A stretch of DNA of 64,000 bases from the human T2T-CHM13v2.0 reference genome, Homo sapiens. Under the pieces are notes generated by a model. It ran no database searches. It was not told the DNA's origin and was given only the letters and a program-made list of their open reading frames with translations. Location of the stretch: NCBI RefSeq assembly GCF_009914755.1, contig NC_060946.1. One strand, given 5' to 3'. Positions 43,481 through 64,000 of the stretch are shown one piece after another (the stretch's first letter is position 1; each line of letters opens with the position of its first letter). A program made the position numbers and the translations under genes.

Positions 43481-43778
43481 TTTCTTTTTTTTTTTTTTTT
43501 TTTTGGGACAGGGTCTTGCTGTTTCACCCAGGCTGGAGTGCAGTGGCAGGATCCTGTCTCACTGTAGCCTCAACCTGGGCTCTAGCAGTCTTCCCACCTC
43601 AGCCTCCTGAGTAGCTCAGGACAGGACTGTGCCACCATCCCCAGCTGATTTTTAACAATTTTTTGTAGAGACAAGGTCTGTGTTCCCTGGCTGGTCTTGA
43701 ACTCCTGGTCTCAAGCGATCCTGCTGCCTTGGCCTCTCAAAGTGCTGGGATTACAGGTGTGAGCCACTGTGCCTTGCC
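43481..43778 (-). mobile_element. AluJ
   Basis: Diverged reverse Alu; TSD ccctacaa. Confidence 0.86.
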
Positions 43779-43939
43779 CCTACAAGTATTTATTAAATAA
43801 TAGAATACCGTATCCCTGTATCTGTCTTTAATTTGCAGAGTTTATTGGCCTTGATTTTTTTCTTGAGTTAGTATTCTTTTGACTCTCTAGGATTATTATC
43901 TATCTCTTTTTTCAGTGTTAATACTGATGTCTGCTTCAA

Positions 43940-44115
43940 GCTGTATTATCCATTGTTAAGTAACAAATTACCCTAAAACTTAGCAACTTAAAACCACAAA
44001 AAGTGTAATCTTACAGTTTCTGTGGGTCAGGAACCTGGACAAACCACTACTGGTGTGTTTAGCTCGAGTTAGCTTACAGGTCTGTGATCAAGGTACCAGT
44101 GACAGCAGTCATCTT
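43940..44115. mobile_element. MLT1 LTR fragment
   Basis: gtaacaaattaccctaaaacttagcaacttaaaacc...cagtttctgtgggtcaggaa. Confidence 0.7.
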
Positions 44116-44136
44116 GAAACTTACTACTCATGTATA

Positions 44137-44138
<2 letters not shown>

Positions 44139-44184
<46 letters not shown>
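44139..44184. repeat. (AC)23 microsatellite
   Basis: Perfect dinucleotide run. Confidence 0.97.
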
Positions 44185-44188
<4 letters not shown>

Positions 44189-44481
44189 AAAAGTGCTCAT
44201 TTCCTAATTCTAAAGCTCAATGAATTTTCACAAACTGAACACACCTGTGTAACAGAGAACCTGGACAAGAAAGAACACTACAATCTACTTTACTTTTTTC
44301 CCTGAAGGGAATTGCCTAAAATGATGGTTCCACATGCGGTTACTGTGAATGTACACTCGTTCTTGTCTGAAGTTCTACTTTGATCTCATTCTAAAGAAAG
44401 AGAAATTTGGATAAGTAAATGTTTACCTGTTATGCCTCCAAGACTAAACTGTTCTATGCAGCTTAAAAAGTTACTTAATTT

Positions 44482-45093
<612 letters not shown>

Positions 45094-45558
45094 TCATTTA
45101 GTTGTGCATAATTCGCCTCATCTATAAAATGGAATTAGTGACAATATTCAGTAAAGTTATTATGAGGATTAAACGAAATGATGAGTGAGAGTAATCATCA
45201 TGAAACACTATGCCTAGTTCCTCCAAAGGCTCAGCAGAAAACAGATTTTGACTCAACCAAGTGTCTGTATCCTTTTCCGTTGTGGTTTGCATGTTTTAGA
45301 ACAGGGGCCAGCAAATGTTTTTTGTAAAGGGCCAGATAGTCAATACAGGCATGCATCACATACTGTCATTTTGTTCAGTGGCAGACCTCATGTACGACAG
45401 TGGTCACACGAGGTTGTGATAGACACAAAAATTTTTATCCCCTAGAGATATTATTGCCCTTGTAACATGCTTGCACATGCATTACTCATGTGGTTATGGT
45501 GATGCTGGTGTAAACAAACCTAGTGCGCTACCAGTCATATAAAGACCTAGCACTTACA

Positions 45559-46212
<654 letters not shown>

Positions 46213-46244
46213 TTACTGTGCCGTACTTTAAATCATTATTTTAG

Positions 46245-46785
<541 letters not shown>

Positions 46786-47001
46786 TTACAGGAGATGACA
46801 GCACCGTGCATGTTACTGCCTTGAAGACGTTCCAGTGGGACAAGATGTCGAGGTGGAAGACAGTAATATTGATGATCCTGACCCTGTGTCGGCCTAGGCC
46901 GATGTGTGTGTTTTTGTCTTCCTTTTGAACAAAACAGATCAAATGTAAAAAACAAAAAATTTCAACAATAGAAAACAGCTTATAGAATAAGGATATAAAG
47001 A

Positions 47002-47335
47002 AGGCCGCCACACAGTGGCTCATGCCTGTAATCCCAGCACTCTGGGAGGATGAGGTGAGAGGACGGTTTGAGGCCAGGAGTTCGAGACCAGCCTGGGCAA
47101 CATAGCAAGACTCCGTCTCTACTAAAAAATAAAAATAAATGAATTAGCTGGGCAATATAGCAAGACCCCTGTCTCTACTAAAAAAATTAAAATAATTATC
47201 TGGACATGGTGGTGCATGCATGTAGTCTAAGCTACTAGGGAGGTTGAGGTGGGAGGATCAGGAGTTGGAGGCTGCAGTGAGCTACGGTCCCTACTGCACT
47301 CTAGCTGTGGCTACAGAGCAGAAAAAAAAAGAAAA
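47002..47335 (+). mobile_element. AluJ with a duplicated left-arm end
   Basis: ctgggcaa(c/t)atagcaagac...tctctactaaaaaa at ~47093 and ~47148. Confidence 0.82.
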
Positions 47336-48343
47336 AAATATTTTTGTATAGCTCTAAAAAGTGTTTTAGGCTGTTATTACAAAAGAATCAAAAAGTTAAA
47401 AGTTTGTGAATTTTTAAATGTCATAGTAAGCTAAATTTATTATTGAAGGAAAGGTTTTTTTTAAAATAAACATAGTATAGCCTAAGTTTACAGCATTTAG
47501 AAAGTTTACAGTGATGTACAGTCATGTGCCAAGCCTTCACATTCATTTACTACTCAGTTACTGATTCACCCAGAGCAACTTTAGTTCTGCAAGCTGCACT
47601 CATGACAAGTGCTTTATACAGATACACCATTTTAAAAATCTTTTGTACCATGTCCTTACTATACCTTTTCTATGTTTAGATGTGTCTGGATCCACAAATC
47701 CTTAACATTCCATTACAGTGGCTTACAGTATTCAGTACAGTCAGGTGCAGTATAGGTTTGTAGCCTAGGAGCAGTGGGCTATGCCATATAGTCTAGGTGT
47801 GTAGTAGGCTCTACCATCTAGGTTTATGTAAATACACTATGATGTTTCCACAGCAACAGAATCACCTAACCATGCCTTTCTTAGAACATATCCTTTATGT
47901 TAAGCAATGCGTGGCTATTTTAGGCCCTCACTTGCAACAGAGTCTCACTCTGTTCCCCAGGCTGGAGTGCATTCGACCAATCCTAACCCATTGCAGCCTC
48001 AAACTTCTAGATTCAAGCAATCTTCCTGCCTCAGCCTCCTGATCCTGAGGAACTAGTGTTACAGGTGCACACCCACCTTGTATTTTAGGCTCTGTGTTGC
48101 AGGTAATCAGCTCTGTCACTATGAAAGCAGCCATAGGCAATACAGAAAAACCAATAGTGACTGTGTCTTATTAGAACTTTCTAATCACTGAGGTTTGACT
48201 TTTGTATCATTTTCACCTGCCAGGAAAGACTGTTTTTCTGTTGTTGTTTTTTTTAATTTTTTTTCCCCACCATTAAAAAATATAAAAACCATTATTATAG
48301 ACTGTTTTTTGTTTGTTTGTTTGTTTTGTTTTGTTTTTAAAGG

Positions 48344-48663
<320 letters not shown>

Positions 48664-48789
48664 TTAGGAAGCTAGTTAACTATTCCAGTTCCACTGACTC
48701 AATCTAATCTTTAAAATTGAAATATAGAAGCCACATTTCCTTTCAACCGTACTCTCCAACCTGAGGTTTTTGCACTTACAGGACAGCAT

Positions 48790-49045
48790 AACACTGTCTA
48801 CTCATGGAAATGATACTGGCCAGCATGTCCTATGTCCTGGACGCTGCCAACTGCTTCTCAAGAACACTCATTTAATCCTTCCGACAGCCCTCTAATAGAA
48901 AGTCCTCTCCCATCCTTCCATCAGGGATGAGGAATTTGAGGCACAGAGAAGTTAAATAAATTGCCCAAGGTTACACAGCTGGTAATTGAGACAGTACAGA
49001 TCTGTTTCCTAGACCTCCGACTCCTAACTGCAGCCCCGTGCTGTC
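48790..49045. mobile_element. MIR
   Basis: gatgaggaatttgaggcacagagaagttaaataaattgcccaaggttacacagct core. Confidence 0.85.
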
Positions 49046-49211
49046 AATGAGAAGTACAGGAGAAAAGTGTTAAGTAAAACAGTTTTCCTTGAAAACAGGA
49101 TTTTTAACTCTTTGACATACTAAGGAAGCCTGTGAACCCCATCTAAAAATAATGTTTTGAAATCATAAGATTACACCCGAACCCAATTATACTGAAAAGT
49201 AGTGAAGTATT

Positions 49212-49510
49212 GGCCGGGCGTGGTGGCTCACGCCTGTAATCTCAACACTCTTGGGAGGCCGAGGCAGGCCGCTCACATGAACTCAGGAGTTCGAGACCAG
49301 CCTGGGCAACATGGTGAAACCCCGGCTCTACAAAAAGTATTATACAAAAATTAGTGGGGTACAGTGGCGCACACCTGTAGTCCCAGGTACTCGGGAGGCT
49401 GAGGCAGGAGAATCAGTGGAGCCCAGGAGGCGGAGGTTGCAGTGGAGATGGTGCCACTGCACTCCAGCCTGGGTAGCAGAGTGAGACCCTGTCTCCAAAA
49501 AAGAAAAGAA
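49212..49510 (+). mobile_element. AluS/J inside an old hAT (MER20B-like) remnant (~49100-49670)
   Basis: Alu consensus; flank gaagcctgtgaaccccatctaaaaataatgtttt. Confidence 0.75.
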
Positions 49511-50557
49511 AGTAAAGTATTGAAGAATGAAATTTTTGATATAGTTAGTGTTGTATTCATCTAACAGCAGAGCTAATTTCCCAAAATTACTGTCTTCAGA
49601 TCTCAGTGAGCATAAGTGCTATTTGGAAATATCTGCAGTATCTATATGATTTCAGTAGAAATCAGTTATTTCTGTGGACCTCTGCTTTAAAACGTGGGTT
49701 TTGTTTGTTCTGTTTTTGTTTTGAAGACGAGATCTCACTCTTCAGCGCAGTCTTGAGTGCTGTGGCGCAGTCATAGCTGACTGCAGCCTCCAACTCCTGG
49801 GCTCAAGCCATCTTCTCACCTCAGCCTCCTAAGTAGCTGAGATGACAGGCAGGCACCACCGTGCCCATCTAAAAGGGTTTTTAAATCCTAGATTGATCTG
49901 CAGTTCATAGTCAACAACTTAGACGTAAAAGGAACCTCATCATCAAGTACAGTTTATTTTTTTACCTGAGGAAGCGAAGGCAAAACAAAACTGGTATAAG
50001 CCTGAGAGACATCGAGAATAAAGTCTCAATTCAAATGATTTTTTCAGGAATTTGTTCATTTTGTTGCCAAAATAAAGTGGTATAAAGTGGTATTTTCCTG
50101 GGTGTAAGGCGTGGGGCTGGACTCCGAGGAGGCCCCCGTGATGCTGTGGAACCCTGTGTGCCTGTATGTGACACGCCACTGGGGGCGTGTCAGTCACATG
50201 CTAGTGTTCACTGTCACACTCTGGGGACGCCCCTTGCGGCTTGGATGAAGTGTCAGCCACTGGGAAAGCCCACATGGCTGGGAACGCGGGTGGCCTTGAG
50301 GAGCTGAGGGCAAGCCTTACTACAGCTGTGCATTCTCCCCAGGAAAAACTAGGCCATTAGAAAGAATGTTAGGCAAATAATGCAAGTCACAGAAGCATAC
50401 ACACCAGTGACTTATTAAGTGTAAGGCAAGGAGAACCAAATAAGGATACATATATATGGAAAACTTACGAAGAAGATCAAGTGAAAGCTTATCGCAATTC
50501 AGGAAAGTTATCATACCTGGTGAGCAGGGAGAAGACAGAAGGTATGAATAAGCGCGA

Positions 50558-50742
50558 GTGGTGATTCTCCAGCCTTACCACACAATCACCTAAGGGTGGT
50601 TACAACACAAATCGCTGGGCCTCACCAGCGTTTCATTCCGTAGGCTTGGGCTGGGGCCTGGGAACCTGCATGCTGTGCAAGTTCTGGGTGGTGCTGATGC
50701 TGCACGCTGCTGGTCCAGGACTTCGCTGGAAGGTCACTAATC
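50558..50742. mobile_element. MER5A-like element
   Basis: gtaggcttgggctggggcctgggaacctgcat...gtgctgatgctg. Confidence 0.7.
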
Positions 50743-51143
50743 TAAGGCATTGCTCACTTTCTGTTTTTCAGCTCGATGGTGAAATGTGGATTCTTCATTT
50801 TTGACAATTCTTTGCCTTTCTCTTTCAATATAAAACTTAAGCAGAGTTTTGATTTGATGCTAACACGTTCTTTGCAACACTACATACTTTTTCTTCTATA
50901 TTCTCCCTGGAATTGCAAATCTGGTCAGTGGGTTTTATGGTCCTGTATCAATAAAAATACTTTAGGAATTTAACTAGTGGCTCTTTCAGCACTTTTGTTT
51001 TCCACTGGGAAGTAACCTGGCAAATTGAGCACTGGGTGGAAAATAGGAACTTCTGATTTGCTCTTCACTGTCAAAGTAAAGCTACGATTGAATCAAACTG
51101 TGTTTTGAGCTACGGTTTAAGCAGCGTAAAAATATTTTTCATT

Positions 51144-51405
51144 GGTTGGGCGCGGTGGCTCATGCCTGTAATCCCAGCACTTTGGGAGGCCGAGGCGGGT
51201 GGATCACTAGGTCAGGAGATAGAGACCATCCTGGCTAACGCGGTGAAACCCCGTCTGTACTTAAAAAATATAAAAAATCAGCCGGGTTTGGTAGCGAGCG
51301 CCTGTAGTCCCAGCTACTGAGGCAGGAGAGTGGTGTGAACCCGGGAGGCAGAGCTTGCAGTGAGCCGAGATCGCGCCATGCACAAGCCTGGGTGTCTCAA
51401 AAAAA
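51144..51405 (+). mobile_element. AluY with deletions
   Basis: AluY diagnostics; TSD-like aaaaat(a/t)tttttcatt. Confidence 0.86.
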
Positions 51406-51558
51406 TTTTTTTCATTAAATACTCATGATGATAATACTTACTGCTAAAATGTTTTTCCTTTTGTCCGTACATCTTTAGTAGAGTGCTCTTTATAGAACGC
51501 AGACTGATTTGTGCTTCAGTATGGTCTTCACCCACTGTCCTGTGGCTTACACTCTTAA

Positions 51559-51907
<349 letters not shown>

Positions 51908-52099
51908 CTCATTTAATTTTTAATTATGGATCTAGCATTGCGTAATAGATTCCCTAATTTAGATCCCTTATAAACAAACATTTAGTGTTTTGGGTTCTCT
52001 TTACAGAAATATCTGTCATCTTTTTGGAAATGACAATACTTCTGTTAAGTACGTTCATCGTGTCTTTTTTAACATAGGCCAGTGTTTTGTAACAAATGA

Positions 52100-55450
<3,351 letters not shown>

Positions 55451-56644
55451 TAGGTTCCATTAAAAAAATAGCCTTTATCATTTTAAAGATACATTTGGGG
55501 TTTATTCACTTTCTTGGTTACCCAACATAAACATTCATAAACACATGTAAAAATCTGTATTATGTACATGTTTCTCTAGGCAAAGATGTTTTGCAGATTC
55601 TGCCTTAACCATATTTTCCTTTAATTTGAAATAACCATGATTTTAACTTATCTTGGCTGTCATGTTGATTTTAGTATGTGGGATATAGTAGCTATTCTAC
55701 AGCCCTAGAGAAGAAGAACTGTTATTTTAATTATTTTGGCCTGGTCTTTTTATAAGCTTCGAGAATAAATGCTTTATCAAGTATTCATACAGAATCTTTT
55801 ACTTGTTGCTTTACTACTAGAACCAGAATATTTATCTCAATTCAGTACTTATGTTAAACGTGGCCTGTGTGTACATGTATTTCATTTGCTTCACAAATTG
55901 TTGTAGCAAATGGGAGAATGCAATTTGATTTTTCATCTTATCTCCATTCTGGGAAGCCTGGTGCCAAACCTTTATTGCTCCCCTGTAGAGAGACCATGGC
56001 TGCCCTTTCATGTCCCTAACACATGCCTCAAAGAACTTAAGAGTCTTCTTCTTGTGATCTCCCCAAACAGGGTGCAGATATTAACAATGTGTTGTCCTAC
56101 ACAGTGAAGAATTCTGCCAGTTCCAGCCGGCAGAGGCTTGTGCTGGAACACTTGAATCAGGTCGTGCCGTCCTTGGTCTCAGCAGTAGAAGCATGTTCTG
56201 TCTGGAGCAAGCTGAGAAATTCTCTGCTGGGCCTCTAAGAAATGGCTAACTTTAAGAGTTTGGAAAGGTTGTTGACTCATTCTTATTTTCACTCTTTCTT
56301 GCTCTTTCACTCATAGAGGGAAAAAAAGAGGTAATTAAGAGCCAGTCTCTTACTGCTGTTTTGTAGGATGGAAAATGAATGCGAAAATGGGTCATTTAAG
56401 AGTATTTGGAACTTTTCCTAGACAAGAAATAAAATAGACCTTGTTGTTCTGAGAAATTCCGTTTGGTTTGATCTTTGCATTACTATTTTTAAATGAAATG
56501 TTTTATTATAGTTCAAGATAATTTCAGAATGATGAGAATTACTAAGTCATTAAGAGGGAATTGCAAGGAGATGAATGGATGAGTAAGTGAATGAATGTTC
56601 CAGGTAATCTAAACTTGAGAAGCTTAAAAATATGTACACATTAG

Positions 56645-57025
<381 letters not shown>

Positions 57026-57817
57026 TGAAAGTACATGCAAAATTGTGTGCTCATTTTTCTGGGGGAGAAAGTATGTAGTCTTTATCAAATTATTAAGTGT
57101 TTTCTGTCCTATAGAAGATGAAGAACCAGTAAGTCAAAAGAATTAGCCTGATTTTTAGCTTCCTGAAGCCTTTTTATTTCAAATCACCCTTAGCCAGTGC
57201 CTTTGCCCTCAAGAGATTTTTCCCCATTCACTCTCTGATGTTTAAAAGGAGATGTAGATTTCTAGGAGAAGGTTGATCTACATACAAGGAAATGGAATTG
57301 TCTTGGATTGTAGGCCCTCAGGTGTCTCCTAGTTAAGGTGGCATGGAGATAGATGCCTTAAGAAAGCTTTTAGCAAAAGTGATGTAATTTAAACTGAGTA
57401 GGACAATAGGCCTGTTGGGAAGGAATCTGAAACATGGAATTGTTTGAGACAAGTAAGGGCTTCCAGACAGACTGTTGTCTAAAGGAGCAGCACTGCGGAT
57501 GCACACGCAGTGTTTGTGGGCTGGTATGCCTGTACTTTCTCAACCTCACATTGGAATAAGAAAGGTCTCGCTCCCTGGCCCAGCATCTTCTGCACATCCT
57601 CCAGTGAAGCTGCTATTCTGGTGAAATGATACAGATTTCACTGATTCCATGTTTTATTTTATTGCAGGAAAAAACAGACTTTAGTGTTTGTGGAACTTGG
57701 TGTACATTAGAAATTCTCGAAAGCATGCGGTAGATAAAGAGATTTATTGCCAAAGGATGATTGTCTTCTACACACTTCTGGCTACTAAAAAAGCAGTTTT
57801 TAAAAAAACACTTTTTC

Positions 57818-58080
57818 ATTTTCTTTCTTTCTTTCTTTCTTTTTGGAGACGGCGTTTCTTCTTGCCCAGGCTGGAGCGCAATGGCGCGATCTTGGCTCAC
57901 CACAACCTCTGCCTCCCGGGTTCAAGCGATTCTCCTGCTTCAGCCTTCCAGAGTAGCTGGGATTACAGGCATATGCCACCACAACCGGCTAATTTTGTAT
58001 TTACTTTAGTAGAGACGGGGTTTCTCCATGTCGGCCTCCCAAAGTGCTGGGATTACAGGCGTGAGCCACCATGCCCGGCC
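57818..58080 (-). mobile_element. AluSp/Sq with deletion
   Basis: TSD ctttttcatttt. Confidence 0.88.
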
Positions 58081-58424
58081 AAACTTTTTCATTTTCAAAT
58101 TCACCGTTACGACACTGTCTGCATTTTAATGTGAGTTTGAACTACTCTTTGCCCGGCTCCTCACTCTGGAAGGGTTGGTAGCAACTTCACAGACAATGGA
58201 GAGGCAGCCAGTCCAAACCCTGCAAGGTTCAAGCACTCAGTAATGGCCGGTGCTCGTGTGCTGAATGTGAATGCTGTAGTCCAGTGAGATTTGTGAGAGC
58301 CCTGATTGTTAGAACTGTTACGCTGCATTTTGATAAAGCTGCCATACTCATGTTTTCCCCCGTGAGATAGTAAGAGTAGGGGAAAGATGTTTCTTCTCTC
58401 TTTGAAAAAGCAAACTGTTTAAGT

Positions 58425-58720
58425 GTTTTTTTGTTTTTTTTGAGACAGCATCTCACTCTGTTGCCCAGGCTACAGTGCAGGGGCACAATCTCGGCTCACG
58501 GCAAACTCTGCCTCCCAGGTTCAAGCAATTCTCCTGCCTCAGCCTCCTGAGTAGCTGGGACTACAGGCACACGCCACCACGCCCGGCTAATTTTTGTATT
58601 TATAGTAGAGATGGGATTTCACCATATTGGCCAGGCTGGTCTCAAACTCCTGACCTCGTGATCCGCCCACCTCGGCCTCCCACAGTGCTGGGATTACAGG
58701 CGTGAGCCACCGCGCCCGGC
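58425..58720 (-). mobile_element. AluS
   Basis: TSD aaactgtttaa. Confidence 0.9.
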
Positions 58721-59015
58721 AAACTGTTTAATTTCTTATTTGCCTAAGCCTTCTTAATTTTTTCCACAAATATTTCCTTTCACTTTGCTGCAAATATAAC
58801 TACCATAGATTATAAGTCAACATAGTAGTTGCCTAATTTTAAAATGATACCAATAACTTCTTTAGGCCTCTTTGCTTATTAATAAGAAAAAACTTTTCAC
58901 ATCAAGCATGAGGTAAATTAGATCTTGATTCTTAATAGTTGAGATGTAAAATAACCATCTAACAAACAGCACATTATTACATGGAAGGCATATTTAGGTA
59001 CTAATCAAAATACGT

Positions 59016-60296
<1,281 letters not shown>

Positions 60297-60739
60297 TCAT
60301 GTATAATAGAATATGAAATTATAGTTGCATATCAGTGTAGCCATTTGTATTCTGGAGGACTTTCTGCCTTTGTATCTTAACCTGAAATATAAATTAGGTT
60401 AGGCCAACTATGCGTTTCTTTTTTCCTTTTTTCTCGCCACCTAAGTCATGAACCCAACTTTGTACTGTCTGAACCGCAGGGTGTCTTCAGTTGTACGCGT
60501 AGCGGGTGAGACTTTTGCCTCAGCTTCATAACCTACACATTTGATTATGCTTTTACCCATTCCACCAGAATGTGCTATTCGGGCTTTAAAGTCAACCTAT
60601 TCTGTGAAAAACCCTCTTTATATATTTATCTTCCTTGATAGTTGACAAAACACAATATCCATGTAAGTAGGCTGAAACTTCATGAGGGACTTCCTGTTAC
60701 TGTTTTTCATTTCTGCTTTCTGTGTAAAATTTGTCAACT

Positions 60740-61031
60740 GGGCCAAGCGTGTTACCTCACCCCTGTAATCCCAGCACTTTGGGAAGCCAAGGCGGGCGGA
60801 TCGTGTGAGCCTGGGAGCTTGAGAACAGCCTGGGCAACATAGGGAGACCCCTGTCTCTACAAAAAATACAAAGATTAGCTGGGTGTGGTGGTGCATGCCT
60901 GTGGTCCCAGGTACCTGGGAGGTTGAGGTGGGAAAATCTTTTGAGCCCAGGAGAGCTGCAGTGAGCTGAGATCTTGCCACTGTGCTCTAGCCTGGATGAC
61001 AGAGCGAGACCCTGTCTGTATAAAAACAAAA
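60740..61031 (+). mobile_element. AluJ/S ending ~100 bp upstream of the exon at 61132
   Basis: Diverged Alu consensus. Confidence 0.86.
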
Positions 61032-61054
61032 ATCTGTTAGCTGTCAGATCATGA

Positions 61055-61372
<318 letters not shown>

Positions 61373-61836
61373 TAGTCAGAACGTAAAACCCAAAGATACT
61401 AAGCCAGAGTTTGGCTTGTGGTACTAGTCTTGGTACTATTCATTGCCAATAACACTGTATGGAAAACCATGACTGCTGTAGCCACGGAGATGCAAGATGT
61501 ACATCCCTATGGAAGTACGTTATTTTGGTCTAATTTCTAGTCTGGTTTCATCTTCCTTTACGTGCACTGAGTCCTATCTGCAATAGGTACAACCAGAGGA
61601 CCCTGTTTGTTCTGTCATCAGCCAAACCTGCAACTAAATCCGCCACTGAGTTTTATTTTTCAGGGTGTAAATTTGATTGAAATATTTACTGAAATCTCCA
61701 AGAACTTGAAACCGTATATGCTAGTGAAGGTCATCCTCTACACACATCCACGTTACAAAAAATGTGTTGAAGGAAGCTGTGGCCATCTCTCTGTCCCCCT
61801 TGGTGTGGTTATCTGTTTAGAAGTATATCCTAGAGG

Positions 61837-62143
<307 letters not shown>

Positions 62144-62329
62144 TCAAGGGAGAGTGTGGGTTATTGCTTTCACTCATAGGGAAGTCAGTTTCTAATCCTG
62201 TTCCATCATCAGTGATTAAATGTGGTGATGACTTCTCAGTTGAGCTCTGGTTATGGGCACATTATAAAAAAATCATTGTGTAATTTAGCACGGTCTTTGC
62301 TGAGGACTCAAGGACTTCAGTAGCAGTGA

Positions 62330-63020
<691 letters not shown>

Positions 63021-63142
63021 GATACTTGGGCATTTTTAGATTTGAGTTATGCTTACGTGTAAATTTGGAATCCTCGTTCTGGTTTTTTCCTGGTGCGTTT
63101 TGTTCCCCATTTCCCCAAACCCCTTTTCCGTGCTCTGTGTAG

Positions 63143-63282
63143 GGCCTGGATGCAGACAGTCTCCGTGTGGAGCCATTGGGTGAAGACAATTCTGGGGCAC
63201 TATATTGGTATTTCTATGGAACACGAATGTACAAAGAGGACCCGGTGCAAGGAAAATCCAATGGAGAACTCTCTTTGAGCAG
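63143..63282 (+). CDS. CECR2: CECR2 coding exon (canonical exon 4), 140 bp; [46 protein letters not shown](R); WSD/WHIM2-like LGxD...YWYF motif
   Basis: Acceptor ccttttccgtgctctgtgtag (AG 63141-2), donor AG|GTATGT at 63283; phase 0 join to ...DLLK. Confidence 0.96.
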
Positions 63283-63663
63283 GTATGTTCTTCAGTGTTA
63301 CGGCATGATAGCTACTGTATTAAAATGTCATTAAGATTAAATGCATCAGAATTCTACAGCACAATTTTTTTTTCCTAATGAAGGAATTCTCTAAGCATGC
63401 CTGCAAAGAGATGGTAAGGAGATACTTCATGCAAAAACAAAAAGGAATTAATTCTCTGCTACCAGAGGGGTTAAATATACTTTTTTAATCTGAAGTTCTT
63501 GATAGGAGGTTTCTGAGAAATGCCACTCCTCTTGCCACAGGCTATTTTAATATAGCAGGTTTCTTCTCAGCAGCACAATCATTTCACTGCAGTAACAATT
63601 TCATCTTGCATCATCAGTCCTTGAGATCTCCTTATTTCGACTAGAATTAATGATGTAGTTTAT

Positions 63664-63976
<313 letters not shown>

Positions 63977-64000
63977 TTATGAACGTTAGTATCCATCAGT

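Overview
Primate (human-like) genomic DNA lying entirely inside the CECR2 gene (chromatin-remodelling regulator of the CERF complex; cat-eye-syndrome region, 22q11 in human), transcribed on the + strand. I recognised the gene from three spliced coding exons that join in frame: 41307-41401 (ELEAALHRDD...RRDI), 61132-61315 (TPQTFHSY...DLLK) and 63143-63282 ([15 protein letters not shown]...LSLSR). They encode the DDT/WHIM1/WSD-type N-terminal region. The first coding exon lies upstream of the window, so 1-41306 is the 3' part of a very large intron. About 99% of the window is intronic and dense in repeats: roughly 65-70 Alu-family elements by my count, L1M, L2 and MIR remnants, DNA transposons (MER30, MER58A, MER2, MER5, Tigger3) and solo LTRs (LTR12/ERV9, LTR10C-like, MER4-group, MST, MLT1). 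Almost all ORFs in the supplied track are Alu or intron noise. I found no RNA genes, CRISPR arrays or prokaryotic systems, and no convincing new biological system. The best leads are: (1) a candidate alternative first exon with TATA-like box, in-frame ATG and strong donor just upstream of the first exon in the window; (2) a ~180-bp non-Alu inverted duplication inserted into an MST LTR and carrying Dux-like motifs; (3) a phase-symmetric exon pair that would give a stop-free circRNA ORF, flanked by inverted Alus; (4) antisense LTR12 and LTR10 regulatory elements. Repeat subfamily names come from memory of consensus sequences, and repeat boundaries are approximate unless a TSD is quoted.
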